From the NCBI GenBank assembly GCA_965116025.1, contig OZ220480.1, forward strand, positions 416,001-480,000: DNA of 64,000 bases. The letters run 5' to 3'. The notes below the pieces were generated by a model, which worked only from the letters and a program-made list of their open reading frames with translations, searched no databases and had not been told where the DNA came from. This document shows, piece by piece, positions 43,087 to 53,966 of this stretch (positions are counted from its first letter, which is position 1; each line of letters starts with the position of its first letter). The DNA comes from an uncultured candidatus Porisulfidus sp. (lineage in GTDB: Bacteria > Pseudomonadota > Gammaproteobacteria > Poriferisulfidales > Poriferisulfidaceae). Made by a program: the position numbers and the translations under genes.

Positions 43087-46000
43087 GATCCATCTCCGCC
43101 CGCTCGACCATCTCCATGGCCTGCGCCACGTTCACGCTGACCAGCCGAGACACGCCCGGCTCGTGCATGGTCACCCCAATCAACTGGTCAACGTGCTCCA
43201 TGGTGATCTTGTTGTGCGTGACGATGATGAACTGAATGCGGTCGCCCATCTCGCCGACGATCCGGCAGAAACGCGACAGATTGTCGTCCGACAGCGGGGC
43301 GTCCACCTCGTCCAGGATGCAGAACGGGGCCGGGTTCAGCAAGAACAGGGACAGAACCAGCGACACGGCCACCATCGCCTGCTCCCCCCCGGACAGCATA
43401 TGCATGTTGCGATAGCGTTTCCCCGGAGGCCGCGCCCGCACCTCGACGCCCGCGCTCAGGGGGTTCTGGTCGGTCATCACCAGACTGGCCTCGCCGCCCT
43501 CGCCGATGATGCGCGGAAACGTCCGTTTCAGGTTCTCGTTAACCTGGCCGAACGTGCGACGAAAACGCTCGCGCGTCTCGCTGTCGATCCGCGCCATGGC
43601 GCGGTTCAGCTTCTCCAGCGCCTCGCGCACGTCGCCCAGACGCTCCTCTTCTCGGGTTTTCTGCTCCATCAGCTCGTCGTACTCCCGCGCCGCCGCCATG
43701 TTGACCGGGGGCATTCTCTCGAGCTTGCCCAAAACTCTGGACACCTTGGCCTCCCACCGCGCGGCCTCGGCGTCTTCCGGCAAGGTCTTCAGAATCTCCT
43801 CGGGATCGAGTTCCTGCTCCCGTAGCCGGCCCAGCAGCTGCTCGCAGACTCCCTGGATCTCCCGCCGCTTCAAATCCTCGTCGTGCAAGTCCTTTCCCAA
43901 ATCCAAAAATTTTCGATTCGCCTCCCAACGCTCGCGGTCCAACTCGCCCAGCTCGTCGCTCAGCCGGTCCAGCTCGGACCGCCGTTCCCGCAAATCTCGC
44001 TCGGCCTCCCGCTCCTTCGTCCGATTGGCTTTCAGCCGCCGCGCCAGATCCGCGTCCTCCTCGACCGAGGCCAGACTCCGAGTCAATTCGCTTCGCCGCT
44101 CGCGGCACCGCCGCAACGCGTCGCTCTCGCGCGCCAGCCGTTGCTGATGCGCCTCGATCCGCGCGCGCGCCGTGTGGGTCTCCAGCTGCAGCCGGTTGCA
44201 TTCCTCGGACTGCCGCCGAAGATCCTCGTCGCTTTCCCGCAAAACCGCCTCCGCGGCGGCCCGCGCCTCCTCCGCGCGGACGCGGTCCCGCTCCAAAGAC
44301 TGGATTTCGGATTCGCGCTGACGCGCCCGGCTTTGGGACAGCCGAACGTTCTTCCGCAACTCCTCCAGCCGGCCGGCTTGGCTTTCCCAGCCCTGCAGGC
44401 GCGCCTTGCTGGAGGCGAACGCCTCGAAGGCTTGATCGTACTCAGCCTGCAGGGCGGAGCGCCGCTCCTCTCGTTCTCGCAGCTCCTTCTCGGCCGCCCG
44501 CTCGCGCCGCTCGAGATCCCGAGATTCGGTTTCCATCCGTCTCAGCGCGCCGCTCAGCGAATCGATTTCGCGCCGGCGCTCCAGAGCCCCTGCCGCCAGC
44601 CCCTCGGCGGCGGGAAACCGCGCCCAGTGCGACCCCATCCAGACTCCGTCCCGGGTGATGACCGACTGGCGCGGCCGCAACGAGTTCCGCGCGGCGCGCG
44701 CCTCCTCCAGGGTCTCGACGGCCAGAACGTCGCCCAGCTGGGGAACGAGCGAGAAGGGACTCTCGACCCGACTCGCCAGCGACGCGCGGTCCGGCTCGCT
44801 CTCTGTTCGCGACGAGCGATCCAGAAGCGTCAGCGCGCGCGCGCCGGGCACGCGCGTCTCGGGAAACGTCTCCGGCAATTCGTCCACGCAGAAGGCGCCC
44901 AGGCTCTCGGCCAGAACGGTCTCCACCGCGAACTCCCAGCCGCTTTCCACCTTGATCTGGTCCATTAGGAGCTTCCCTTGCAAGCGCATCCCCTCAAGAA
45001 CTTTCGCGTGCGCGGCCGCGTCGCCCGCCAGGCTGGCCTGCTGCAAGGCCTCCAGCGAGGCCAAGCGCCCTTGCGCCCGGGTCTGATCCTCGCGCAGCGC
45101 GGCCAAGGCCTCCTCGCGCCGCCGCAGTTCCGCGCGCGCCTTCTCCGCTTGATCCCGGTTCTCTTCCAGTAGATCCTTGCGCCGTCGCCACGCGACGCGC
45201 GCGGCCTCATTCCGGCTCTCCAGCGCGGCGCGCGGATCCTCGCCCTCCTCCACCGCGATTCCCGCTTCCCGCATATGCCGCAACTCGTCCTCGTACTGCC
45301 GTAGCTGGGTCTCTTCCTTGGTCCGGTCCTCGCGGCCGCGGCCGATCCGCTCGCGAATCTCGTCGGACCGCTCTTGGCGCGCGCGCAGGGCCGTCGCGCG
45401 CTTCGCTCTCAGGGCCTCCGCCTTCTCCTGGGCGGCCCGGACCTCGGACCATTCCCGATCATTCCGGTCGCGCTCCTCCTCAAGGCGTCGCAGCTCCTCT
45501 CGAACCTTCTTTCCGCTCTCCTCCAGCTCGGCGATTTCCGCGTCCAGCCGCTCGATCTCCCGGGTGGACCGGTCCCGCTGATCGCGCCGCGCGCGGATCC
45601 GCTGCTCTTGGGAAGTCGCCTCCGCCAGCAATCGCTGGTGGAGCGTCACCGCGTCATCCGTGGACCGTCGCGTCGCGTCGCATTCCGCGCGCTTGGCCTC
45701 CAGGCTCTCGTTCAGCGCTTTCAGCCTGGCCTCCTCCGCGTCGCGCCTTTTCTCGGCCTCGGCGTACGTCTCTTCCCGCTTTCGCAGAATCTCGCGCCGC
45801 TCCCGCAGCTGCAGACTCACCCACTCGCCCTCGCGCGCGCGGCGCTCCCGATGCAGGGCCTCCTGCTCGCTCGCCTGCTCTTTTTGTCGCTTCAGATGCC
45901 GCAAGCGGCGCTCGTGCTCCTTCAGGATGTCGCCCAACCGATCCAGATTCTCCTCGGCGCGGCGAATCCGATTCTCGGTCTCCCGGCGCCGCTCGCGATA

Positions 46001-46519
46001 CAGGGAGATCCCAGCCGCCTCCTCGATATATCGGCGCGCCTCGTCGGGCTTGGCCTCGATCAGCCCCTGCACCATGCCCTGGGCGATGACGGCGTAGTTG
46101 CCCCGCCCCAGGCCGGTGCCCTGAAAAAGATCGGCGACGTCCTTGCGCCGGACATGGGCGCCGTTGATGTAGTAGCGGGACTGGCTCTCCGCGCTCCGCG
46201 ACGCCTCGCGACGGATCCGGATCTCGCTGAACCCCGCGTATTCGCCGCCGACCCGCCCGAGGCTGTTGTCGATCACCACCTCGACCGAAGCCTGGTCCAA
46301 CCGTTTTCGGGAGTCAGAGCCGTCGAAGATGATGTCGTCCAGGGTCTCGCCCCGGAGGTTGCGCGCGCGCTCTCCCAGCACCCAGCGAATGGCGTCGATG
46401 ATGTTGGACTTGCCGCAACCGTTGGGGCCGACCACGCCCGTCAGCGGGTGATCGAAGGCGACCCGGGTCGGCTCCACGAAGGACTTGAACCCGGACATCT
46501 GGATGCTGGTGAGGCGCAT
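43079..46519 (-). CDS. smc: Chromosome segregation protein SMC
   Basis: GFKSF, VGPNGCGKSNIIDA, coiled coils with hinge, LSGGE, LDEVDAPL. Confidence 0.97.
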
Positions 46520-46598
46520 CTCAGATTCAACCCTATATTAGAATGGGAACGACCGCGTCATCATTCGGGGCGGAAAATCGACTCGGGAGCGGCGCCCC

Positions 46599-46997
46599 TT
46601 GACTGCCCAGCCATCCAAAACGCTTGAGACTTTCGACAACCCGGAGCCCGGGCGGGATTATACCATTCGCCTGGAAATCCCGGAGTTCACGTGCCTGTGC
46701 CCGCTGACCGGGCAACCCGACTTCGCGGCGCTGACCCTGGAGTACGTCCCGGACGGGCTGTGCGTCGAGCTCAAGTCTCTGAAGGGATATTTCTGGTCGT
46801 TTCGGGACGAGGGCGCGTTTCACGAGACCGTCACCAACCGGATCCTCAGCGATCTGGCCGAGACCCTTTCTCCCCGTTTTCTGCGGGTGCGCGCCGCGTT
46901 CCGGGTACGCGGCGGCATCACCACCACGGTCGTCGCGGAGCGCCGAAAAGAAGGCTGGATCGCGCCTGAGCCCGTCTCCCTCCCGCCAGCGCGATGA
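46599..46997 (+). CDS. queF: preQ1 synthase (short type I QueF)
   Basis: [30 protein letters not shown]. Confidence 0.95.
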   Translation: MTAQPSKTLETFDNPEPGRDYTIRLEIPEFTCLCPLTGQPDFAALTLEYVPDGLCVELKSLKGYFWSFRDEGAFHETVTNRILSDLAETLSPRFLRVRAAFRVRGGITTTVVAERRKEGWIAPEPVSLPPAR

Positions 46998-47725
46998 CGA
47001 GCTTCCTGATCGGCTTCGCCTATCCGTGGCGCGGCCTCGGCGTCTTGTTGCGGCCTCGCCTGCGCGCGCTGGTATGGTGGCCGATCGCCATCAACGCCGC
47101 GTTGTTCTCCGCGGCGTTCTATTTTCTGGCCGTGCGAGTCCACGCGTGGTTCGACGATCTCCTGCCCGCGTGGCTGGGGTGGCTGGAATGGTTGCTGTGG
47201 CCGCTGTTCATCCTGTTCGCGCTGGTCACCACCTTATTCGCCTTCGCCCGCGTCGCCAATCTGGTCGCCGTGCCATTCAACGCCCGCCTCTGCCGCGCGC
47301 TCATGCGGACGCGACCGGACGACCCCCTGACGCGGGCGGCGGAGAAGCAAACCTGGCGCGACGACTTTCGGCTCATCGTGAACGAGGTGGTGAAGCTAGC
47401 GTTCTTTCTCGCGTGGTTCCTCCCCCTGCTCGCCTTGTCTCTCCTCCCCTTCGTCGGCCTCCTCGGCAAGGCGGCGCTGCTGTACTTCGGAATCTACTGG
47501 TACGCCGTGGAATACCTGGACTATCCGTTCGGCGAGGCCGGAACGCCCCTGCGGAAACTGCGGGCGCGAATGAGGCGAATGGGAATCGTGACCCTCGGAT
47601 TCGGAGCCGGGCAAATGCTCCTCACCCTGACCCCGGTCCTGAATCTTGCGGCCATTCCTGCCGGCGTGGTCGGCGCCACCCGGCTTTGCCAAGACCGCCC
47701 TCTCGACTCTACCCAATCGGACTGA
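46994..47725 (+). CDS. cysZ: CysZ / EI24-domain membrane protein
   Basis: [50 protein letters not shown]. Confidence 0.8.
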   Translation: MTSFLIGFAYPWRGLGVLLRPRLRALVWWPIAINAALFSAAFYFLAVRVHAWFDDLLPAWLGWLEWLLWPLFILFALVTTLFAFARVANLVAVPFNARLCRALMRTRPDDPLTRAAEKQTWRDDFRLIVNEVVKLAFFLAWFLPLLALSLLPFVGLLGKAALLYFGIYWYAVEYLDYPFGEAGTPLRKLRARMRRMGIVTLGFGAGQMLLTLTPVLNLAAIPAGVVGATRLCQDRPLDSTQSD

Positions 47726-47740
47726 GTCGAGCGCGGGACC

Positions 47741-49054
47741 TCAGGCGCGATCCCGCGCCTTCCGGCAGGTCAGCGCGATCGGAATTCCCGGCAACCGGAG
47801 CTCCTCCCGAAACCGGTTGGTCAAGTACCGACGATACGCCGGCGACAACGACTCGAGGCGAGAGCCATGCAGGACGAGCCGCAGAGGATGGTTTCCTCCT
47901 TGGTGGCCGTAGCGTATCTGGACGCGTCCTCCGCGCGTCCGCGCCGGTGGGTTCCGCCGCGCGGCGCTCCGCAGGAAATCGTTGATCTCGGGCGTGGAGA
48001 AGCTCCGCTCCGCCGCGTCATGCAGCGAGACCGCCTCGCGCAACAGGCGGGAGAGTCCCGAGCCTCGGGCCCCGGAGGCGCGGACGACCGGGAGGTAGGG
48101 CGCGAACCTGAGCCGGCGGGCCGCGCGGCGCTCCGCCCATGCCTGTCGCTCCGAATCCAGCAAATCGCACTTGTTCAGCGCGACCACGACGGCGCGGCCG
48201 GCCTCCAGCGCCAGCGCGATCAGCGCCGCGTCCTGCTCCACCGCTCCCTGCTCGGCGTCCAGCACCGCCACCACCACCCGGGCGCGCTGGATGGAGCGCA
48301 GCGCCTGCGCGACGCTGAACCCCTCGATCGAGTCCGGCTCGACTCGACTCTTGCGGCGGATTCCCGCCGTGTCCACCAAGACCATTTCGCGACCGCGGAA
48401 CTCCATCCGCGAATCGACGCTGTCCCGGGTCGTTCCCGGCTCCGGGGACACGACCAGCCGATCGCTGCGTAGCAAGCGATTGATCATCGTGGATTTTCCG
48501 ACGTTGGGCCGGCCGATCACGGCGACCCGGATTCGTCCAGAATCCGGCTCCGGAATTTCCGGGACGACTTGATCCGGAATCGCGGAATCCAGCAAGGCCG
48601 CGACCCCGGAGCCCCGCTTCGCGCTGATCCCGAACAGCGCGTTCGCGCCCAACTCGGCGAACTCCGAGACCGCCGCGCGCGGGTCGCGCCCGTCCACCTT
48701 GTTGACCGCGACCAGAAGCGGCTTGTCGCGCGCGCGCAGCCGCGCGTGGAGAGCCCGGTCGCTGGTCAGACAGCCCGCGCTCGCGTCCAACATGAGCAAC
48801 AAGACGTCGGCCTCCTCGATCGCTCGCTCGGTCTGCCGCATCAGACTCCGCTCGATCTCGGTGTGGGCCACGGTCAGACCGCCCGTGTCCACCGCCACGA
48901 AAGCGCGGCCGTCATGGCTCGCCAGCCCATAGCGCCGATCCCGGGTCACCCCGGGGACATCGGCGACCAGGGCGTCTCGACTACCGGTCAGACGGTTGAA
49001 AAGCGTGGATTTACCGACATTCGGTCGGCCAAGCAGGGCGACGACGGGAATCAT
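47741..49054 (-). CDS. der: Ribosome biogenesis GTPase Der (EngA)
   Basis: Two GRPNVGKST P-loops, DTGG/DTAG, NKVD/NKCD, KH-like tail. Confidence 0.96.
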   Translation of the reverse strand: MIPVVALLGRPNVGKSTLFNRLTGSRDALVADVPGVTRDRRYGLASHDGRAFVAVDTGGLTVAHTEIERSLMRQTERAIEEADVLLLMLDASAGCLTSDRALHARLRARDKPLLVAVNKVDGRDPRAAVSEFAELGANALFGISAKRGSGVAALLDSAIPDQVVPEIPEPDSGRIRVAVIGRPNVGKSTMINRLLRSDRLVVSPEPGTTRDSVDSRMEFRGREMVLVDTAGIRRKSRVEPDSIEGFSVAQALRSIQRARVVVAVLDAEQGAVEQDAALIALALEAGRAVVVALNKCDLLDSERQAWAERRAARRLRFAPYLPVVRASGARGSGLSRLLREAVSLHDAAERSFSTPEINDFLRSAARRNPPARTRGGRVQIRYGHQGGNHPLRLVLHGSRLESLSPAYRRYLTNRFREELRLPGIPIALTCRKARDRA

Positions 49055-49069
49055 GGCCGGAGGACCGGA

Positions 49070-50272
49070 TCATGAGTCGCCCGCGTCCGCCCCGAGCAGC
49101 GGCACGAACTGGTACGCCGCGAACCGGCCGCCGCGATGCAGCAGGTAGATCCGGCCCGCCCGCGCCTGCGGGGGCGCCTGCAGGGGTCCGTCCACCTTGT
49201 GGCGCGCCACGATCTCCCCGTCGGTGATCCGAAGCCAGTGCAGATAGCCGTCGAAATCCACCACGATCACGTGCAACCCGGTCGGAGCCGGAGCGCTGAG
49301 ATTTCGATAAGCCAGCGCGTCCTGCTCCCAGTACGCTCCTCCGCTCTTCCGGTCCAGCGCCCACACGCTGCTACTCAGGTCGGTCACGTACACGGCCACG
49401 TCATCGACCGCGGGCGCGTGCAGGGCCTTGATGTCTTTCGACCATAGCAGATCGCCCTCCACCGTCTCTACCGCGCCGACCTGGTTGCTCAGCGCGGCGG
49501 CGTAGGCCACGCCTCCCTCCAGACGTACTGGACCGTCCACGTCCACGATCCGCTCCAGTTCCGTTCGTCCGGTCGGAATCGCCAACCTCGCTTTCCAATG
49601 CTGCAGCCCGCTCTCGGCATCGAACGCGATCAGCTGGCCGTCGTCGAACCCGGCTAGCACCCGGTCGTCCTGCGCCTCCGGCTCGCCCGCGCCGCGCAAG
49701 GTCAAACTGGGACTCCCGTGGACATGGTTCCACAGCGTCTCTCCATCCTCGGCGTCCAGCACGCTCATCCGCCCGTCATTGGTGCGGACCGCCAGCCGGC
49801 CTCCCGGCAACGCCTTCAAGCTCAGAACCTCGCTCGACATCGTTTTCTTCCAGAGCTCGGCGCCCGACGCCCGGTCCAAGGCGAAAATCTCCTGCTCCCA
49901 GGTCCCGACATAGGCCGCTCGCTCATCGGCCGCGACTCCGGCCAACACCGTTCCCGGGACGCTCGCCTCCCAGATCCTCGCCCCGGTCTCGGCCGCCAGC
50001 GCGACCACCGCGCCCTCGTTGGAAGCCAGCAACACCTGGTCGCGATCAATCCACGGGGCGATATGGCTGTCAGGATCGCGGTACTGAGACCCGACCGAAT
50101 AGTTCCACAGCGGGGTCAGCGCGATTCGGTTGGCCACCGGCCGCAACTCGGCGACCCGCGTCGGGGTTTTCTCCCAAAGCTCCTGAATGCCGGACAGCGG
50201 CGAGGAGTCGGCGCACGCCGACAGCCCCACCACGCAGGCGACCAGCAGGACCGTCGAGTCAGTCGACCTCAT
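49070..50272 (-). CDS. bamB: Outer-membrane protein assembly lipoprotein BamB
   Basis: Lipobox LSAC, PQQ-like beta-propeller repeats, GRTELERIVDVDG; syntenic. Confidence 0.93.
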   Translation of the reverse strand: MRSTDSTVLLVACVVGLSACADSSPLSGIQELWEKTPTRVAELRPVANRIALTPLWNYSVGSQYRDPDSHIAPWIDRDQVLLASNEGAVVALAAETGARIWEASVPGTVLAGVAADERAAYVGTWEQEIFALDRASGAELWKKTMSSEVLSLKALPGGRLAVRTNDGRMSVLDAEDGETLWNHVHGSPSLTLRGAGEPEAQDDRVLAGFDDGQLIAFDAESGLQHWKARLAIPTGRTELERIVDVDGPVRLEGGVAYAAALSNQVGAVETVEGDLLWSKDIKALHAPAVDDVAVYVTDLSSSVWALDRKSGGAYWEQDALAYRNLSAPAPTGLHVIVVDFDGYLHWLRITDGEIVARHKVDGPLQAPPQARAGRIYLLHRGGRFAAYQFVPLLGADAGDS

Positions 50273-50882
50273 CTCGCCCTCCGAGCTCAGCGAGCTTCCA
50301 CTCGAGAAACTCTCCACCATCGCCATCCTCCAAAGCCCGCGCGTACTCCTGACGAGCTTCCTGGACCCGACCCAACCCCCGGTACAGGTCGCCGCGGATT
50401 TCGCGCGCCAGACCCTCGTAGCCCTCCAGCGGCGCGTCGGCCAAGACCGCCAGCCCCTCTTCCCACCGTCGCTGAGCCGCGTGAACCCTGGCGAGGCGCA
50501 ACGCCGCCACCGGCGTGAACAGCGGATCGTCCGAGTTCTCGAGCGTCCAGAGCAGCAAGCGGGTCGCCTCCTCGAGCCGCTGGCTCTCCTGATGCGCCCG
50601 GGCGGAAATCAGGCTCGCCATCAAGGCGTACGAAGTGTCGCCGTACTCGGCGCGCAAGCGCTCCCCCAGCGCGCGCGCGCGCTCGCTCCCGAGTTCCACT
50701 CGATACTGCTGATACAGCGCGGCCGCGTCCCGAGCCCTCTGGTCCTGCCAATACTCCCAGCCCTTGTAGCCGCCTCCTCCCCCGAGGACCAGCCCCACGC
50801 CCAAGAAAATCCATACGCGATTGGTCTTCCACCAATCCCGGATTTCCTCGAATTGACGCTGCTCTTCCGGGCTTAAGGCCAT
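50259..50882 (-). CDS. yfgM: YfgM-family TPR membrane protein
   Basis: EEQ...RDWWKTN, TM helix, AALRLARV, RGDL...ARQEY; between hisS and bamB. Confidence 0.88.
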   Translation of the reverse strand: MALSPEEQRQFEEIRDWWKTNRVWIFLGVGLVLGGGGGYKGWEYWQDQRARDAAALYQQYRVELGSERARALGERLRAEYGDTSYALMASLISARAHQESQRLEEATRLLLWTLENSDDPLFTPVAALRLARVHAAQRRWEEGLAVLADAPLEGYEGLAREIRGDLYRGLGRVQEARQEYARALEDGDGGEFLEWKLAELGGRDEVD

Positions 50883-52150
50883 GGCGATGATCCTGTGGAA
50901 ACGAAATGCTCGGCGAGAGCCGGCTGGATATTATCCAACAAAATCTTCCGCTGCCCCTCCGACCCCCGCAAGAACTTCAAAAGGACGACGTTCTCGCCGA
51001 GCTCCTCCTCCCCCATGATCAGGACGGCCCGCGCGCCGCTTTTGTCGGCGCGCCGCAACTGGGCCTTCATGCTGCCCGCGTCCATGTTCATGCGAACTCT
51101 CAACGCGGGCATTCCCTCTCTCAGACTCAGGCCCAAGGAGCGCATGCGGGACGTCGCGGCCTCTCCCAAAGCGACCAGATAGACATCGACTCCCGCCGTC
51201 GCGGCGATATCCAGACATTCACGGATCCTCTCCAAGCCGAGCGCGAAACCAGCCGCCGGAGTGGCCCGGCCTCCCAGCTGCTCGACCAAGCGATCATAGC
51301 GTCCCCCTCCTCCAAGCGCGGATTGGGATCCCAAGCCATCTTCCACCCATTCGAACACCGTATGATCGTAGTAATCCAGCCCCCGGACCAGCCTCGGATC
51401 GACGACGTGGTCGATCCTCTGGTCGTCCAGCGCCTTTCTCAGTCCCTCGAAATGCGCGCGGGATTCCTTCCCCAGCAAATCCTCCAGCTTGGGGGCCTCT
51501 TCCAGCAAGTCCCGAATCGCGCTCGACTTGCTGTCCAATAGCCGCAGGGGATTAGTCTTCAGCCTGCGCCGGTCGTCCTCCTCCATGCTCGACTCGAACC
51601 GGGTGAAGTGCTCCACCAGCCGCTCTCGCCAAACGGCGCGCTCCTCCGAGTTGCCCAAGGTGTTCAGCGTCAGCCGCGGAGACAGGCCGAGTCGTCGCCA
51701 GCCCTGCCAGCCAAGCGACAGGATTTCCGCGTCAACATCCGGCCCGCTCATGCCGAACGTCTCCACTCCGAACTGGTCGAACTGCCGCAAGCGACCTTTC
51801 TGCGGACGCTCATGCCGGAAAAACGAGCCCAGATACCACAGGCGCTGCTGGCGATTGGGAACGAGCCCGTGCTGGATCGCCGCGCGCGCGCAACTCGCCG
51901 TCCCTTCGGGACGCAAGCTCAATGATTCTCCGTTGCGATCCTCGAAGGTATACATCTCCTTCTCCACGATGTCAGTCGCCTCTCCAATGGAGCGCCGGAA
52001 CAAGGCGGTCGGCTCCAGCGTCGGAAAACGGATCTCCTCATAACCGAACCCGCGCGCCACCTCGATCCAGACCCGCTCAATCTCCCGTCGAACGCGCGCC
52101 TCCTCGGGAAGAACGTCGCGCATCCCGCGCACCGACCGCAACCGATTCAC
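50873..52150 (-). CDS. hisS: Histidine--tRNA ligase
   Basis: VRGMRD, DIVEKEMYTF, LRPEGTA, FRHERPQKGR, LVRGLDYY, GGGRYD; GTG overlaps the rlmN stop. Confidence 0.97.
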   Translation of the reverse strand: MNRLRSVRGMRDVLPEEARVRREIERVWIEVARGFGYEEIRFPTLEPTALFRRSIGEATDIVEKEMYTFEDRNGESLSLRPEGTASCARAAIQHGLVPNRQQRLWYLGSFFRHERPQKGRLRQFDQFGVETFGMSGPDVDAEILSLGWQGWRRLGLSPRLTLNTLGNSEERAVWRERLVEHFTRFESSMEEDDRRRLKTNPLRLLDSKSSAIRDLLEEAPKLEDLLGKESRAHFEGLRKALDDQRIDHVVDPRLVRGLDYYDHTVFEWVEDGLGSQSALGGGGRYDRLVEQLGGRATPAAGFALGLERIRECLDIAATAGVDVYLVALGEAATSRMRSLGLSLREGMPALRVRMNMDAGSMKAQLRRADKSGARAVLIMGEEELGENVVLLKFLRGSEGQRKILLDNIQPALAEHFVSTGSSPWP

Positions 52151-53274
52151 GCCATCGCTCCTGGCGTCGCCAACGGCCGCTCGCTCGTCGAAATGAAGGG
52201 GCGCGGCCACGCCATGTCGGGACGAGGGATTCGCGAGCCGCCCGCCAACTGCCCGCAAGCCGCCGCGATATCGTCGCCCCGAGGTCGGCGGGTGGTGGCG
52301 ACGATTCCTTTCTCGCGCAGAATCTCGCGGAATCGGGCGCGCGCCGACTCGGGCGACGCGGCATAGCCGCTCCCGGGAAAGACGTTGAAGGGAATCAAAT
52401 TGACCTTGCAGGGCAAGCCGCGCAACCGCTCGCCCAGCGCCCGAGCGCGCTCGGGACTATCGTTCACATCGCGCAACAACACGTACTCAATGATGATCTT
52501 GCGCTTGCGCGACCGCCCCTCGGCGTAGCGCCAGCAGGCGTCCAGCAGATCTCTGATCGGATAGCGGGCGTTGATCGGCATCAATCGCGAGCGCAACGCG
52601 TCGTCTGGAGCATGCAACGATACCGCCAAGCCCACGTCGGCCAGTCTTCGCAAACGATCCATTCCCTGGACCAAGCCGGCCGTGCTGACCGTGACCTGGC
52701 GACCGCCCATAGCGTGGGCGTGGGGATCCTGAAACAGGCGGATCGCGCCGACGACCGCGTCGAGATTCGCTAACGGCTCCCCCATCCCCATGAACACGAC
52801 ATGCGTTACCGGCATATCCGGTTGCAAACGATGCCGCGCCAGCCACAACTGGGATACGATCTCACGCATCTCGAGGTTGCGCGTGAACCCGCTCCGCGCG
52901 GTCCTGCAAAACGCGCAATTAAGAGCGCATCCCGCTTGGGAAGACAGGCACAGGGTGACGCGACCGGCGCTCGGAATCAGAACCATCTCAATGACATCAC
53001 CGCCATCCAGACGCAAAAGCCACTTGCGCGTGCCATCCCGGGCGCGACGAGAATCCACGACATCCGGCAACGAGAGATCCACCCGCGCGCGCGCCGCTTC
53101 GCGCGCGCGGCGCGGAACGTCATCCATCCTCTCAAAATCCAACTGACCATGACGGTGGATCGCCCGGATCAAGGCGTCCGCATGAATTGGCGAGTGGCCT
53201 CGCTCAGCGAGCCAGCCCTCCCACCGCCTTCGACTCCATCCGAGCGGATCAATGTGGCCCCGCGCGAGTCTCAT
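52147..53274 (-). CDS. rlmN: 23S rRNA/tRNA m2A methyltransferase RlmN
   Basis: [44 protein letters not shown]. Confidence 0.95.
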   Translation of the reverse strand: MRLARGHIDPLGWSRRRWEGWLAERGHSPIHADALIRAIHRHGQLDFERMDDVPRRAREAARARVDLSLPDVVDSRRARDGTRKWLLRLDGGDVIEMVLIPSAGRVTLCLSSQAGCALNCAFCRTARSGFTRNLEMREIVSQLWLARHRLQPDMPVTHVVFMGMGEPLANLDAVVGAIRLFQDPHAHAMGGRQVTVSTAGLVQGMDRLRRLADVGLAVSLHAPDDALRSRLMPINARYPIRDLLDACWRYAEGRSRKRKIIIEYVLLRDVNDSPERARALGERLRGLPCKVNLIPFNVFPGSGYAASPESARARFREILREKGIVATTRRPRGDDIAAACGQLAGGSRIPRPDMAWPRPFISTSERPLATPGAMA

Positions 53275-53702
53275 CGAGTTCGAGGACAAATCTCCTCAGG
53301 GCGAAAGAAAAAATCGATCTCCGCCCGCGCGGTGTCGGGACCGTCAGAGCCATGCACCGCGTTCTCGTCCACTTGGGTCGCGAAATCAGCGCGGATCGTT
53401 CCAGGAGCCGCCTGGACCGGATCGGTCGCGCCCATGACCTCGCGATTGCGCGCGATCGCGTCCTCTCCCTCCAAAACTTGCGCGATAATGGGACCGGATG
53501 TCATGAAATCGACTAGGTCCGAGAAAAACGGACGTTCCCGATGCACCGCGTAGAACGCTTCCGCCCGCTCCCGGGAAAGGCGCGTCATGCGGGCGGCCAC
53601 GATGCGCAGACCCGCTTTCTCGAAACGCTGGTAAATGGAGCCGATATGGTTGTTTCCAACCGCGTCCGGCTTGATGATAGAGAGGGTTCGCTCTACGGCC
53701 AT
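53271..53702 (-). CDS. ndk: Nucleoside diphosphate kinase
   Basis: [27 protein letters not shown]. Confidence 0.97.
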   Translation of the reverse strand: MAVERTLSIIKPDAVGNNHIGSIYQRFEKAGLRIVAARMTRLSRERAEAFYAVHRERPFFSDLVDFMTSGPIIAQVLEGEDAIARNREVMGATDPVQAAPGTIRADFATQVDENAVHGSDGPDTARAEIDFFFRPEEICPRTR

Positions 53703-53966
53703 GGTCTTTCCTTGACCCGAAATCCCGAGTCGCGAGTGATGGAGTATGGGGTTTAATGACGGCCTATTGTAGCGAAGAGATTCAAACTGACATACCGCTC
53801 CCGTGAACTCGTCAATCCCGATAGATGGAGCGGACTCAACGAAACGCGGGCGAAAACGCCTTCGCGCGCGAGCGCGGGAATTGAGAAACCTCCCGTCTCC
53901 GGCGCCTTCAATTCTTAAAGCGAGGCGCGGCGACGCGGCCCCAGCCGAAACGCGCCAACGCCGCGG

